DNA of 64,000 nucleotides from Hypanus sabinus (Eukaryota): NCBI RefSeq assembly GCF_030144855.1, contig NW_026781736.1, positions 62,001 to 126,000 of the forward strand, read 5' to 3'. Shown piece by piece: positions 62,701 to 64,000 of this stretch (position 1 is its first letter; each line of letters starts with the position of its first letter). The notes under the pieces were generated by a model. It saw only the letters and a program-made list of their open reading frames with translations, ran no database searches and was not told where the DNA came from. The position numbers and the translations under genes were made by a program.

Positions 62701-64000
62701 GTCAGTGTGATTAGTTCAGGGACTGACACGGGCCGTGAGGAGAGAGTGGGACACTGTGATTAGTTCGGGGACTGACACGGGCCGTGAGGAGAGTGTTGGA
62801 CAGTGTGATTAGTTCGGGGACTGACACGGGCCGTGAGGAGAGAGTTGGACAGTGTGATTAGTTCAGGGACTGACACGGGCCGTGGGGAGAGAGTTGGGCA
62901 GTGTGAGTAGTTCAGGGACTGACACGGGCCGTGAGGAGAGAGTGGGACAGTGTGATTAGTTCAGGGACTGACACGGGCCGTGAAGAGAGAGTGGGATAGT
63001 GTGATTAGTTCAGGGACTGACACGGGCCGTGGGGAGAGAGTTGGACAGTGTGATTAGTTCGGGGACTGACACGGGCCGTGAGGAGTGGGTGGGACAGTGT
63101 GATTAGTTCGGGAACTGACACGGGCCGTGAGGAGAGAGTGGGACAGTGTGGTTAGTTCGGGGACTGACACGGGCCGTGAGGAGAGAGTTGGACAGTGTGA
63201 TTAGTTCGGGGACTGACACGGGCCGTGAGGAGAGAGTGGGACAGTGTGATTATTTCGGGGACTGACACGGACCGTGAGGAGAGAGTTGGACAGTGTGATT
63301 AGTTCTGTGACTGACACGGGCCGTGAGGAGAGAGTTAGACAGTGTGATTAGTTCAGGGACTGACACGGGCCGTGAGGAGAGGGTTGGACAGTGTGATTAG
63401 TTCGGGGACTGACACGGGCCGTGAGGAGAGAGTGGGTCAGTGTGATTAGTTCAGGGACTGACACGGGCCGTGAGGAGAGAGTGGGACACTGTGATTAGTT
63501 CGGGGACTGACACGGGCCGTGAGGAGAGTGTTGGACAGTGTGATTAGTTCGGGGACTGACACGGGCCGTGAGGAGAGAGTTGGACAGTGTGATTAGTTCA
63601 GGGACTGACACGGGCCGTGGGGAGAGAGTTGGGCAGTGTGAGTAGTTCAGGGACTGACACGGGCCGTGAGGAGAGAGTGGGACAGTGTGATTAGTTCAGG
63701 GACTGACACGGGCCGTGAAGAGAGAGTGGGATAGTGTGATTAGTTCAGGGACTGACACGGGCCGTGGGGAGAGAGTTGGACAGTGTGATTAGTTCGGGGA
63801 CTGACACGGGCCGTGAGGAGTGGGTGGGACAGTGTGATTAGTTCGGGAACTGACACGGGCCGTGAGGAGAGAGTGGGACAGTGTGGTTAGTTCGGGGACT
63901 GACACGGGCCGTGAGGAGAGAGTTGGACAGTGTGATTAGTTCGGGGACTGACACGGGCCGTGAGGAGAGAGTGGGACAGTGTGATTATTTCGGGGACTGA
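56747..64000. repeat. 49-bp tandem satellite/minisatellite, ~148 copies, running off the window
   Basis: Consensus gggactgacacgggccgtgaggagagagttggacagtgtgattagttca; first units at 56747 and 56796. Confidence 0.99.

Noticed and set aside
56747-64000. Array as a CRISPR locus or coding repeat
   Set aside because: Head-to-tail units with no unique spacers in a eukaryotic context; stop codons occur in most units.

Overview
Repeat-rich vertebrate genomic DNA with three assembly gaps (8314-8507, 40933-41119, 54585-54744). The repeat families and the NLR gene type suggest a cartilaginous fish, probably a ray; this is inference only. The six-frame ORF track is mostly noise or retroelement debris. 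The real genes are spliced and were reconstructed by reading splice sites. (1) The 5' half of an elasmobranch-type NLR (NACHT-LRR) gene lies on the minus strand (ATG 9642, five phase-compatible coding exons) and runs off the left edge before the NACHT exon. (2) A divergently transcribed pair of three-exon type-1 cystatin (stefin)-like genes: gene A (minus, 41339->39291, 96 aa) and gene B (plus, 54766->56345, 98 aa). Both keep the stefin exon structure but have lost the canonical QxVxG inhibitory loop (SEVIG in A; QEQTIMTG with a 3-aa insertion in B). (3) A ~2.97-kb tandem duplication repeats exons 2-3 and the polyA site of gene A without exon 1, with three amino-acid changes. The rest is decayed CR1 LINEs, an L1 ORF2 relic, a Gypsy-type LTR with a tRNA-Pro primer-binding site, Tc1/hAT remnants, local segmental duplications (~1.5 kb x3, ~3.6 kb x3), three TE-derived minisatellites, and a >7-kb 49-bp satellite with higher-order structure.
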